A stretch of DNA of 64,000 nt, taken from positions 384,001 through 448,000 of the forward strand of contig OZ271918.1 in NCBI GenBank assembly GCA_965602015.1. Direction: 5' to 3'. Made by a program: the position numbers and the translations under genes. This DNA is from Salinispira sp. (lineage in GTDB: Bacteria > Spirochaetota > Spirochaetia > DSM-27196 > Salinispiraceae). Below the pieces are notes generated by a model that worked only from the letters and a program-made list of their open reading frames with translations, ran no database searches and was not told the origin of the DNA. Positions 49,586 to 58,698 of the stretch are shown piece after piece (position 1 is the first letter of the stretch; each line of letters begins with the position of its first letter).

Positions 49586-50434
49586 CTATCGCTCCTCGTA
49601 TACCCGAACGAAGTCCACAAGCATTCGGGCGGGGTATTGCTCCGGGTCCACTCCCTGCTGGCCGCCCCACATGCCTCCGACGGCGATATTAAGTATGAGG
49701 TAGAACGGGCGGTCGAAGGGCCAGGCTTCCCATCCGCTATGTTCATTGTTATATCTGCCGACAAGTTTATCGTCGACGAAGAAATCGAGGTAGTCCTCTG
49801 TCCATTCCATTGCATAGAGATGAAACTGGTCGTTTACCGTGGGGATCGACAAGGTCGATGTAAAATGATTGCCCAAGGGATGGTTGTGTTTTGAGGTGTG
49901 CACCGATGCGTGGACTACTCCGTTGTCAAAACCTACGTGCTCCATAATGTCAATTTCGCCGCTGTGAGGCCAGCCTGTGCGCCCTTCGCTGCTCACCGGG
50001 AGCATCCATATGGCCGGCCAGGTTCCCAGAGCAGATGGTAGCTTTGCCCTCACTTCGATTCGTCCCAAATACATGTTAAGACTGAACTGGGTTGTCATCC
50101 GTGCGCTGGTGTAGCCACGTCTGGTGCCTTCGATGTGGCGGGCCTCAATTATGAGGGTGCCGTCCTCGACCCGGGAATTATCCCGTTGGTTCCGGTATGC
50201 CTGCAGCTCCTGATTAAATGCCCCGGGTGGAAGAATTTGATGCCACCACAGGTCGGGATCCGGTTCACCGTCAGATTCAAACTCGTCGTTCCATACTAAG
50301 CGCCATTGCGATGGGTCTTCCACGCTTGCCTGCGGTCGGCTTCCGCAGGAGAACAATAGGATCTGCGAGAGTATCAGTATTGCGATGGCTATGGCCGGAA
50401 TTTTATGGCTTTGAAAAGCTGTTGTGATTTTCAC
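49586..50434 (-). CDS. GH16 endo-beta-1,3-glucanase (laminarinase-like) lipoprotein
   Basis: Lipobox LLFSC, LVWNDEF, WPAIWML, catalytic EIDIME and PFYLILNIAVGG motifs. Confidence 0.92.
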   Translation of the reverse strand: MKITTAFQSHKIPAIAIAILILSQILLFSCGSRPQASVEDPSQWRLVWNDEFESDGEPDPDLWWHQILPPGAFNQELQAYRNQRDNSRVEDGTLIIEARHIEGTRRGYTSARMTTQFSLNMYLGRIEVRAKLPSALGTWPAIWMLPVSSEGRTGWPHSGEIDIMEHVGFDNGVVHASVHTSKHNHPLGNHFTSTLSIPTVNDQFHLYAMEWTEDYLDFFVDDKLVGRYNNEHSGWEAWPFDRPFYLILNIAVGGMWGGQQGVDPEQYPARMLVDFVRVYEER

Positions 50435-50560
50435 TTTTACCCCTTCTATGGTGAATGTGAATAGGTGAATGCCTGTGCCGGGGATTCGCGCCGGCGGTCC
50501 GAGGCCGGCGATTCGTCTCCCCGTAACTATTCAGATCCGGCGGAGACGAATCGCAAAAGA

Positions 50561-51466
50561 CTAGAGGCCTCGCTTATCAAGGCGCTTCATGACGAAGCGG
50601 TTTACCATGGTCAGGATTACGATAATAAAGAATATGAGCCAGGCGATGGCGCTTGCTTTCCCGAACCGCGCGTTTCTGAAACCCGTCCACATCAGGTAGA
50701 AGGCGGTGGTGAGTCCCGTTTCCTGAGGTCCGCCGAGACCTTCATACCCGCCCATGAGGACGAAGGGTTCATCGAAGAGCTGCATGCCGCCGATGATGCT
50801 CATCGTCACGCCAAAGAAAATAATCGGAATAAGGAGGGGAAGAGTTATGCTCGTATGAGTTCTCAGGCGTCCTGCGCCGTCCACCTCTGCTGCCTCATAC
50901 AGAGAGCGGGGTATGGCCTGGAGCCCTGCGAGATAAATGATCGTGTTCCAGCCTATGAATCGCCAGTTAATTAATGACGCGATCATCACCTTTGCCGGCA
51001 TGGGTTCGGTAAACCATTTAACCGGTTCGCCTCCGAATCTTTCGATGATAAAGTTGAGCCAGCCGAAGTTATTGTCGAAGATTTGCGAGAAGATCAGGGT
51101 CGCCGCCACCGTGCTGGTGATGTAGGGGACAAAGAATGAGGTTTTGAAAAACTCCTTGCCCTTCAATCTCACGTCGTTCAGCATAATCGCCAATGGTATT
51201 GCGATGAAGTGCTGAGTCAGCGAACCAAAAATCAGCAGCCAGAATGTGTTCATCAGGGATTTCCCGAAAAACACGTCCACCGTCAGCAGGTTCACGTAGT
51301 TGCGCAACCCGACGAACTCAACCGGACCTGCCTGAGTCCATCGCCAGAATGATATGTAGAAAGAGAATGCAATCGGATAGAGGCCAAAGATCAAGAAAAG
51401 AATAAAAAACGGCGAGACGAACAGATACGGTGCGGCTTTTGGATTTCTCAGCAGACTTTTTTTCAT
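50561..51466 (-). CDS. Carbohydrate ABC transporter permease (MalF-type)
   Basis: PYLFVSPFF and LAGLQAIP..LYEAAEVDGA motifs. Confidence 0.93.
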   Translation of the reverse strand: MKKSLLRNPKAAPYLFVSPFFILFLIFGLYPIAFSFYISFWRWTQAGPVEFVGLRNYVNLLTVDVFFGKSLMNTFWLLIFGSLTQHFIAIPLAIMLNDVRLKGKEFFKTSFFVPYITSTVAATLIFSQIFDNNFGWLNFIIERFGGEPVKWFTEPMPAKVMIASLINWRFIGWNTIIYLAGLQAIPRSLYEAAEVDGAGRLRTHTSITLPLLIPIIFFGVTMSIIGGMQLFDEPFVLMGGYEGLGGPQETGLTTAFYLMWTGFRNARFGKASAIAWLIFFIIVILTMVNRFVMKRLDKRGL

Positions 51467-51476
51467 GGCTATCCTC

Positions 51477-52376
51477 CTATCCCTTTACTGCGCCGGCGGC
51501 AAGATTTGAGATTATCTGCCGGGAAAAGAAAATAAAGGCGACTAAGAGCGGCAGTATGGAAAGGGCGGTTCCCAGCATTAGCCCTCCAAAATTACCGTCG
51601 CTTTGGCGAAACAGGGAGGAAAGGGCTACCGGCAAGGTCGTATTCCTCGTATCGGGAAGCATTACCAGGGCGCCGAGAAAGTTATTCCAGCTGCCGACAA
51701 AGGTTACCGTTCCGAGAATCGCTACGGCGGGCTTTGCCAGGGGAAAGACGACATGACGCAGCATTCCGAACTCACTCACTCCGTCGATTCTCGCGGCGAA
51801 CATCAGATCGGTTGGAACTGAGTCTTCAAGAAACTGCTTCATGAGAAAAATACCAAAGGCGCTGGCCATTCCCGGCACGAATAGAGGAAGCCAGGTACCG
51901 AACCAACCGAAGGCAACCATCATCCGGAAAAAGGGAATGATATTCAAGAATGGAGGTATGGCGAGGGTCATAACAACGAACATCAGTATTGCGTTTTTTC
52001 CTTTGAAATCATATTTCGCAAACGCGAATCCTCCCAGGGTTGAAAAGAATACCGTGGTGGTCGTGGCAAGTACTGCAATGCCGAGGCTATTGTAAAACGA
52101 CTTGAGAAAACGTATTTGGCTGGTCAAAGCGGTAAAATTCGCCGTTAATGACGGGCCGAACCAGCTATGCGGCGGGTTAGCGAACGGGACCGCATGGGTC
52201 GCAAGGACAAAGACGTAGAAGAACGGAAAAATAAACAGAAATGCAATGAAAGCCAGAAAAAGGTATTTGATTATGGTTCCGATTCGTACGTTGATCTTTT
52301 TCCGGCGAGGGCCGATTGCCCCGGCAGTGACCGACGGGGAAGCCCCGACAGCGGTATTGTGGTTGCTGGTACTCAT
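51477..52376 (-). CDS. Carbohydrate ABC transporter permease (MalG-type)
   Basis: GFAFAKYDFKGK, AARIDG and SWNNFL motifs. Confidence 0.93.
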   Translation of the reverse strand: MSTSNHNTAVGASPSVTAGAIGPRRKKINVRIGTIIKYLFLAFIAFLFIFPFFYVFVLATHAVPFANPPHSWFGPSLTANFTALTSQIRFLKSFYNSLGIAVLATTTTVFFSTLGGFAFAKYDFKGKNAILMFVVMTLAIPPFLNIIPFFRMMVAFGWFGTWLPLFVPGMASAFGIFLMKQFLEDSVPTDLMFAARIDGVSEFGMLRHVVFPLAKPAVAILGTVTFVGSWNNFLGALVMLPDTRNTTLPVALSSLFRQSDGNFGGLMLGTALSILPLLVAFIFFSRQIISNLAAGAVKG

Positions 52377-52483
52377 GTTCCCCCCTCAGCCGGCTGCTCT
52401 TTCGAGCCGGCTCTCTGAACAGCGCCGGCGGCAGTGCCCCGCCGCCGGTAAGCTGTTGTGAACGGGCCGTGTTTGCGCCCGGA

Positions 52484-53770
52484 CTATTGAATTGTGGCGA
52501 TTATTTGAGCGCGAGCCTCGTCATACGCTTCCTCAATTCCCAATTCACCGGTGATTACGGAGATTACCGCATTGTTCCAAATTGAGAGGGCAGTGGCGTC
52601 GAACTCCGAAACCACGGTGGTGGGCATGGATTCCGCGACATCTGCGAATATTTCCCGAACCGGTTGATTTCCGAAGTAGGCGACGGGTTCGCTCATGATC
52701 GGGTCGTCATATGTAGTGGTGAGCGCAGGATATGCGTCAATGGTGGCAAATGTGGTCAGCTGGGCAACCTCGCTGGTGGTGAGGTATTTGATGATTTCCC
52801 AGGCGACTGCCTTTTGGTCATCGGGTACCATTTCGGGTATGCCGAGGTATGTTCCGCCGAGGGCCGCAGGAAACCGTCCCGGTAGATAGGTTATTCTCCA
52901 GTCATCCACTTCGGGAGCCATCCAGGTGCGAAGAGCGCCGCCGAACCATGCGCCGTTCACCATAAGCGCAACGTCGCCGTTCTTGAAGCTTTCGGTCCAG
53001 GGACCAGACCATGCGCCGTAATCCGCATCGACGCCGGCTTCGCGAATTGCCGATACGAGTTCAAGGGCGTTAATGAATTTTTCCTTCGGCTCAAGCGGCC
53101 GATTATCTATGAACCAGTCGCCTTTTCCGCCGTTGAGCGGCACCAGCGCGACGTCATTCGGATGGCTGAAGGCAATTTGACCGGCGTCCCGCAGCTCAGT
53201 CGCTATGTCGAGTATGTCGTCCCAGCTTTGGGCGTCGATGACGTCCTGAGGATCAACACCGGCGGCTTCGAGCAGGCTTTCCCGGTAGAACATGACAGCA
53301 GGAGCTATGTCAACCGGCATGGCGACAAGGCGTCCGGTTCGGGTGGTCGCATTTGACATGGCAAAATCAACGAGATCTGCGCCGGCTTCGACGCCGTTGA
53401 AGGGTTCCACTGAAAGATCCGAGAGACCGCCGCCTTCGACGAACTGGGCGATGAATCCCACCTCAAGAGCTTCGATATCGTTGGTTGCTTCCTTAGCCGC
53501 CAAAACGGTGGTCAACCTGTCGTGGTGTCCCCCGAAATCGCTGGTCTGGAAGGTGATCGTCACATTGGGGAATTTTTCCTTAAAGTCATCGGTGGCGAAT
53601 ACCGCGGTATAAGCCGCCTCCAGGTCGCCGTACAGACCGATGCTGATTTCATATTCCTGGTTCGGATCGTATGCCGCGATGTCGCTGCTGGCAGCTCCGC
53701 CTCCGCAGCCGCTAAATAAAATGGTTATCCCGATAAAAAGGATAACGGTGGCCGAAATGAGTCTCCTCAT
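52484..53770 (-). CDS. Carbohydrate ABC transporter substrate-binding lipoprotein
   Basis: Lipobox FSGC, MPVDIAP..MFYR and LGGTYLGIP motifs; GGAGG RBS. Confidence 0.9.
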   Translation of the reverse strand: MRRLISATVILFIGITILFSGCGGGAASSDIAAYDPNQEYEISIGLYGDLEAAYTAVFATDDFKEKFPNVTITFQTSDFGGHHDRLTTVLAAKEATNDIEALEVGFIAQFVEGGGLSDLSVEPFNGVEAGADLVDFAMSNATTRTGRLVAMPVDIAPAVMFYRESLLEAAGVDPQDVIDAQSWDDILDIATELRDAGQIAFSHPNDVALVPLNGGKGDWFIDNRPLEPKEKFINALELVSAIREAGVDADYGAWSGPWTESFKNGDVALMVNGAWFGGALRTWMAPEVDDWRITYLPGRFPAALGGTYLGIPEMVPDDQKAVAWEIIKYLTTSEVAQLTTFATIDAYPALTTTYDDPIMSEPVAYFGNQPVREIFADVAESMPTTVVSEFDATALSIWNNAVISVITGELGIEEAYDEARAQIIATIQ

Positions 53771-53811
53771 CGCAAACCTCCCTTTCTGATGTGGTATGCC
53801 GCCGAAGCGGA

Positions 53812-53889
53812 TTAGTTGATGCAATCAACTAAATAAGATCATCCCACGGTTTTTTTTCTTTGTCAATGAATAAGTTTCCCAAAAAAACA
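53812..53889. promoter_or_regulatory. Two ROK-type operators flanking the minus-strand promoter of the ABC operon
   Basis: TTAGTTGAT-GCA-ATCAACTAA (53812-53832) and AGTT-N9-AACA (53873-53889); minus-strand TTGACA at 53866-53861. Confidence 0.7.
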
Positions 53890-53972
53890 AATAGAATTCC
53901 AATATAGACCGATTTCACGGGCGTACAGGGAGCGGGGAGAGTAATCATCAGGATTGTATGGTTTCGGCGGTA

Positions 53973-55157
53973 TTATGCGTCTTCTAAGGTCATTCGCAAG
54001 AGTTCAATGCCGTAGGGGTAACTACCGCTGTATTCCTCATGGACATCCGGTACGGAGTACAGTCTGTTGAGGAAGTAGGCCGCGGCGCCGGTGGCCACCG
54101 CATGTGTCGCGTCATCTGAGAAATCAATGGAACAGCTTATCGGGCTGTCATACGTCCAATTGCTTTGAATTGCCTCTGCTAGCTGATCGAGCAGGTAACC
54201 CGCATCGAGTAAAAAATCCCCAAAGAATCTCACATGGGTGATGTTGAGGGTGTTGACCAGAAGTGCAAGGTTTCCGCTCAGTTCACGCATGGCTTTTTTC
54301 CAGACATCCATGTCGGTGTGCAGCCGGCTCACCTCTTCGGCAGTAATCCCCAATTGAGTCGGATTGGGATTATCCGGATTTTTAAATATCGATTGGAACT
54401 CCCCGGCGGTGAAATTATCGCCGTGAAGGACGCTGTCTTTGATTACCAACCCCAGGCCTAGGCCCAGACCCTCGATATCGCTCTGGTTCTCCGATTTTCC
54501 CATCCCGGTTCTTCGGAATTCTCCCAGCACGCAGAGAAAGTTTCGGTCATGCTTTGTACGCTTTTGCATTATGACGTTTAGGCAACAGCAATTGGCGTCA
54601 TTCTCTATGACCATCGGGAACTCCAGTCTGTGTTCCAAGCGTTCATGGATGTCCAGGGGTTCTCTTATGTTGAGTGGATTGGAAGAGATAATGACTCCCT
54701 CGTAAGGATTAATCTGGCCGGACAGCCCGACGCCCAGGCCAAGCACTCGCCTTCCCAGATCCTGTTGGCTGCGGGAGCATTCCTCTATAGCTTCCCAGAG
54801 GACGTTCTCAAGTTCGCTGCCGGGTTCGATGGGCCTGCCGGTGTACCGGTCAATAACCTCACCCACGGGATTGACGGCCACGGCATTCCAGGAATCCGTC
54901 CGGATCTCAATGCCGAGGATCACTCCTAATTCGGGGTTAATGAACAGGCCCGTAGGCCGACGACCCTTGCCTTGAATGACATAGGACTGGTCCGCGAGAA
55001 TGAGCAGACCTTCTTCAAGGAGGGAGTTAACTATTTTGGTAATGGTGGACTTGTTCAGGTTTAATTCCCGGGATAGGTCTATTCGGCTGATGCCGGCATT
55101 CGACCACACGGCGTGGAGGATTCGCGTCGCATTGATGCTCACATCCAGGAGCGGCAT
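53973..55157 (-). CDS. ROK family transcriptional repressor (XylR/NagC-like)
   Basis: ISRIDLSRELNLNKSTIT HTH, GRRP, GLGVGLSG, IENDAN and AGEF motifs. Confidence 0.92.
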   Translation of the reverse strand: MPLLDVSINATRILHAVWSNAGISRIDLSRELNLNKSTITKIVNSLLEEGLLILADQSYVIQGKGRRPTGLFINPELGVILGIEIRTDSWNAVAVNPVGEVIDRYTGRPIEPGSELENVLWEAIEECSRSQQDLGRRVLGLGVGLSGQINPYEGVIISSNPLNIREPLDIHERLEHRLEFPMVIENDANCCCLNVIMQKRTKHDRNFLCVLGEFRRTGMGKSENQSDIEGLGLGLGLVIKDSVLHGDNFTAGEFQSIFKNPDNPNPTQLGITAEEVSRLHTDMDVWKKAMRELSGNLALLVNTLNITHVRFFGDFLLDAGYLLDQLAEAIQSNWTYDSPISCSIDFSDDATHAVATGAAAYFLNRLYSVPDVHEEYSGSYPYGIELLRMTLEDA

Positions 55158-55190
55158 AATACCCCCTTTGTTTCTTTAAGCAACTTTTTC

Positions 55191-55242
55191 ATCATCACCC
55201 CTTACACTCAGCTTGTCAATGTAAAGTTTCTCTTGTAAACTT
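55191..55242. promoter_or_regulatory. Back-to-back promoters and third ROK operator
   Basis: Plus strand: TTGTCA (55213), 17 bp, TAAACT (55236). Minus strand: TTGACA (55219-55214). AAGTTT-N7-AAACTT (55224-55242) covers the plus-strand -10. Confidence 0.65.
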
Positions 55243-55274
55243 AATAACCATCCAATCGTACCAGGAGCCTTCAC

Positions 55275-58200
55275 ATGAAACGTCCCCAAAGCACAACACA
55301 GCTCGGCAATTGCCCGATTATCGCCGGGAAAACCTCGGTCACCGGGGCCATAGTAGAAGAGGCCGGCAAACTCTGGTATCGCATCTCGAATTACGATGCC
55401 ATGGAAGCCTTCTTCATGACATTGACCAATCCGGGAAATCTGTGGTTTTTCATTTCCAGCACCGGCGGGTTTACCGCAGGCCGGATAGACCGTGACCATG
55501 CTCTATTCCCGTATACCACTGATGACCGGGTTCGGGACGGTCACGTGCACAGCGGTTCCATTACCCAGTTCCTCGTCGGAGACGCGAAAAAAATGTGGCA
55601 GCCGCTTCAATGGAACACCCCGGGCTTGTACGAGACGAGCCGTAATATATATAAATCTGAACTCGGTGACGCATTGATTTTCGAGGAAATCAACAGCTCA
55701 CTTGAGCTTGTTTTTCGCCTGCGCTATGAGACGAGCCCCCGCTTCGGGATTGTTCGACATTGCAGCCTAAAAAACCTGAGCGATACGGCTGTGGAAATCA
55801 GCTATCTCGACGGTTTGCGCAACATCCTGCCATCCGGAGCCCAATACCGAACCCAGGAATCTTACTCCAATCTGTTGGATGCATACAAGCGCAGCGAACT
55901 AGAGCAAAGCAGTCGGGTCGGCGTATACGCCCTCAGCGCTACCCTTACCGATCAGGCAGAGCCGAGCGAAAAGCTGCTGGCCAACGTGCTGTGGTCATAT
56001 GGCCTGCAGGATTCCCTCGTCCTGCTTTCCGACGATCAGATCCCGGCTTTTTCCAAGGGTTACCCGTTAACTCCGGAGACCGATATCCTGGGTCAGCGTG
56101 GTGCGTATATCATCAATGGACGCATGCAAGTGGACGCGGGCGGCAAGGCCGAGTGGGGCATGGTGGGAGATGTTGATTTTGATCACTCCAAGCTTGTTTC
56201 CCTTATCGATAGTCTCAACGATGGGGAGGCGTTGTTAGGTGAACTGCGGGCCGATATCGCCCTCTCATCCACCAAGCTGGCTGAGATAATAGAAGCCCAC
56301 GACGGGAATCAGATTGTCGGCAGTCCGGAAAGCGCAATGCACCATAAAGCGAATATCCTATTTAATCTGATGCGCGGAGGTTATTTTTCTGAAGGCTATA
56401 AAATTAGCCGGCAGAATTTTCGCGCCTTCGTCAGAGACTGGAATGCGCCATTGGCTGAAATATGGGATAAAAAAATCATCGACGGCCTTCCCCTGCGGTT
56501 CAGCACCCGCCGCTTGCGCAGCTTCGCAGAGGACAGCGGTGATCCGGATCTGCACCGGCTGAGCATGGAATATCTCCCGCTGACCTTCAGTCGCCGGCAC
56601 GGCGATCCCAGCCGTCCCTGGAACATGTTTTCGATCCGCACTATGGATGCCGACGGTAAACCGGCGATCGGCTATCAGGGCAACTGGCGGGATATTTTTC
56701 AGAATTGGGAGGCGTTGTCGGCAAGCTATCCCGGGTATCTGCCCCAAATCATAACGAAATTTCTCAATGCCACGACTATCGACGGGTATAATCCATACCG
56801 CATATCCCAGCACGGGGTGGACTGGGAAGCTCCCGAACCCGACGACCCCTGGGGCAATATCGGCTATTGGAGCGATCATCAGATTGTCTACCTTTCCCGG
56901 CTGCTCGAGCAGCTCGAGCATTACCTTCCCGGCACCATGGCCGATCTCCTGGCCGCTGATAATTATGTGTTTCCACATGTGCCCTATCGAATCGCAGGCT
57001 GGCAGGCGATTAGAAAGGATCCCTATAATACCATCAGCTTCGATGAGAATTTGCACCGGGAGCTCATTGCGCGGAGCAAATCCATTGGTGCCGACGGCAA
57101 GCTGCTTTTAAACGCATCAGGGGTGCCCCTGCGAGTGGGATGTATGGCGAAGCTGTTGATTCTGTTTTTGGCCAAACTCGGGAATTATGTTCCCGGCGGC
57201 GGCATATGGATGAATACCCAACGGCCGGAATGGAATGACGCGAACAATGCTCTTGCGGGCTGGGGGCTCTCAATGGTGACCCTCTATTATTTGCAAAGCT
57301 ACATCGATGTAATTCTCAAAATAATGGATGAGCTTGAGGTCGTCAGTTTGCCCGGCATTCTCGCCGAATGGCTTGAGACTTCGGCCTCGATACTGGAAGG
57401 CGCCCAGGCGAACAGCGTCAAAGATCCGAGCGCCCGCTACCGCGTATTAAGCGCTTTGGGCACGGCCGCCTCCGCATATAGAGAACAGGCGTACGGGGGT
57501 ATATCCGCCGATAATGCGGTGCAGTTCTCAGCAGAGCGCATGGCCTCCTTCTTCAACGATTGCCGGCGGAGCTTCGGCCAGACCATTGCGCACAGCATGA
57601 GGGAAGACGGAACCTTCGAGTCATATCAGATTCTTCGGCTCGAAGGCGATCGGGCAATGGTAGAACGGCTGTATCCCATGCTCGAAGGTCAAGTCGCAGG
57701 ACTTTCTCTCCACGGTCAAGACCCCGAGGCTCTTTTGAGGATATTGGACAAGATGAAATCCGGTCCGCTGTATCGCGAAGACCAGAAATCCTACATGTTA
57801 TATCCCAACAGACGCCTGCCGGGTTTCCTGTCCAAAAACAGAATACGCGAATCGATGATTAGGGAGTACTTTGACCGGAATGAGCTATCAGCTCTTGTTC
57901 CCCATATCCTGACCAGGGACTGTAGGGGCGACTACCATTTCCCCGGCCATTACCGTAACGCAAAAGACCTGAAGGCGGATTCCCGCGGGATGGACGGCGA
58001 GCTTGCCGGGAAATTACAGCAGCTCTTTGAAGAAACGTTTCACCACAGTGCCTTTACCGGCCGGTCCGGAACCTTTTTTGCCTATGAGGGTCTGGGAAGC
58101 ATTTATTGGCATATGGTTTCCAAGCTGCTGTTGGCGGTGCAGGAGCGCCTGGTCGAAGCCCGGCTCGACGGCGAAGAACCGGAGCTGCTGGGGAGAATGA

Positions 58201-58637
58201 AGTCGGCTTATGCCGATATTCGAAGAGGCCTGGGTTTTGTCCGGAATCCGAAAGAATACGGAGCATTTCCCACCGATCCCTATTCCCACACGCCCTGGGG
58301 CAGGGGCGCGCGTCAGCCCGGAATGACCGGCCAGGTCAAGGAAGAAGTGCTCACCCGACCCGTGGAACTCGGAGCTGTGATCCGCAAGGGCAAAATCGTT
58401 TTTCTCCCCGAACTGATTCTCGATGATCAGTGGCGTGAGCCCGAGGGCCGCATAGGCTTCAGCATATGCGGAGTGCCGGTTACCATCAAACGCGGTGATA
58501 AAAGCGAGATGGTTATTCACCGGGAAAACGGCGTCCGGATGAAGCGAAGTATCCTCCAGGTGCCGAGCGAAGTAAGCCGGGAGATTTTCTGGAGGAGCGG
58601 AAGCGTGCTGGCAATTGATGTACAGGTGAAAGTCTGA
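55275..58637 (+). CDS. GH149-like beta-1,3-glucan phosphorylase
   Basis: 1120 aa, no signal peptide. Motifs recalled from GH149: ALFPYTTDD, PLTFSRRHGDPSRPWN, YQGNWRDIFQNWEAL, RPEWNDANNAL, GSIYWHMVSKL, AFPTDPYSHTP, QPGMTGQVKE. Adjacent to a GH16 gene. Confidence 0.8.
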   Translation: MKRPQSTTQLGNCPIIAGKTSVTGAIVEEAGKLWYRISNYDAMEAFFMTLTNPGNLWFFISSTGGFTAGRIDRDHALFPYTTDDRVRDGHVHSGSITQFLVGDAKKMWQPLQWNTPGLYETSRNIYKSELGDALIFEEINSSLELVFRLRYETSPRFGIVRHCSLKNLSDTAVEISYLDGLRNILPSGAQYRTQESYSNLLDAYKRSELEQSSRVGVYALSATLTDQAEPSEKLLANVLWSYGLQDSLVLLSDDQIPAFSKGYPLTPETDILGQRGAYIINGRMQVDAGGKAEWGMVGDVDFDHSKLVSLIDSLNDGEALLGELRADIALSSTKLAEIIEAHDGNQIVGSPESAMHHKANILFNLMRGGYFSEGYKISRQNFRAFVRDWNAPLAEIWDKKIIDGLPLRFSTRRLRSFAEDSGDPDLHRLSMEYLPLTFSRRHGDPSRPWNMFSIRTMDADGKPAIGYQGNWRDIFQNWEALSASYPGYLPQIITKFLNATTIDGYNPYRISQHGVDWEAPEPDDPWGNIGYWSDHQIVYLSRLLEQLEHYLPGTMADLLAADNYVFPHVPYRIAGWQAIRKDPYNTISFDENLHRELIARSKSIGADGKLLLNASGVPLRVGCMAKLLILFLAKLGNYVPGGGIWMNTQRPEWNDANNALAGWGLSMVTLYYLQSYIDVILKIMDELEVVSLPGILAEWLETSASILEGAQANSVKDPSARYRVLSALGTAASAYREQAYGGISADNAVQFSAERMASFFNDCRRSFGQTIAHSMREDGTFESYQILRLEGDRAMVERLYPMLEGQVAGLSLHGQDPEALLRILDKMKSGPLYREDQKSYMLYPNRRLPGFLSKNRIRESMIREYFDRNELSALVPHILTRDCRGDYHFPGHYRNAKDLKADSRGMDGELAGKLQQLFEETFHHSAFTGRSGTFFAYEGLGSIYWHMVSKLLLAVQERLVEARLDGEEPELLGRMKSAYADIRRGLGFVRNPKEYGAFPTDPYSHTPWGRGARQPGMTGQVKEEVLTRPVELGAVIRKGKIVFLPELILDDQWREPEGRIGFSICGVPVTIKRGDKSEMVIHRENGVRMKRSILQVPSEVSREIFWRSGSVLAIDVQVKV

Positions 58638-58698
58638 TTTGCTTGTTGCCGGGGCGATCTGCTCTGGCAACTGCTGCTGCACAGTACGCGATTCTCAT

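Noticed and set aside
50508..50554. Inverted repeat GCGATTCGTCTCC...GGAGACGAATCGC between the permease and GH16 genes
   Set aside because: Single copy with no flanking duplication; fits an ordinary intra-operon stem-loop.
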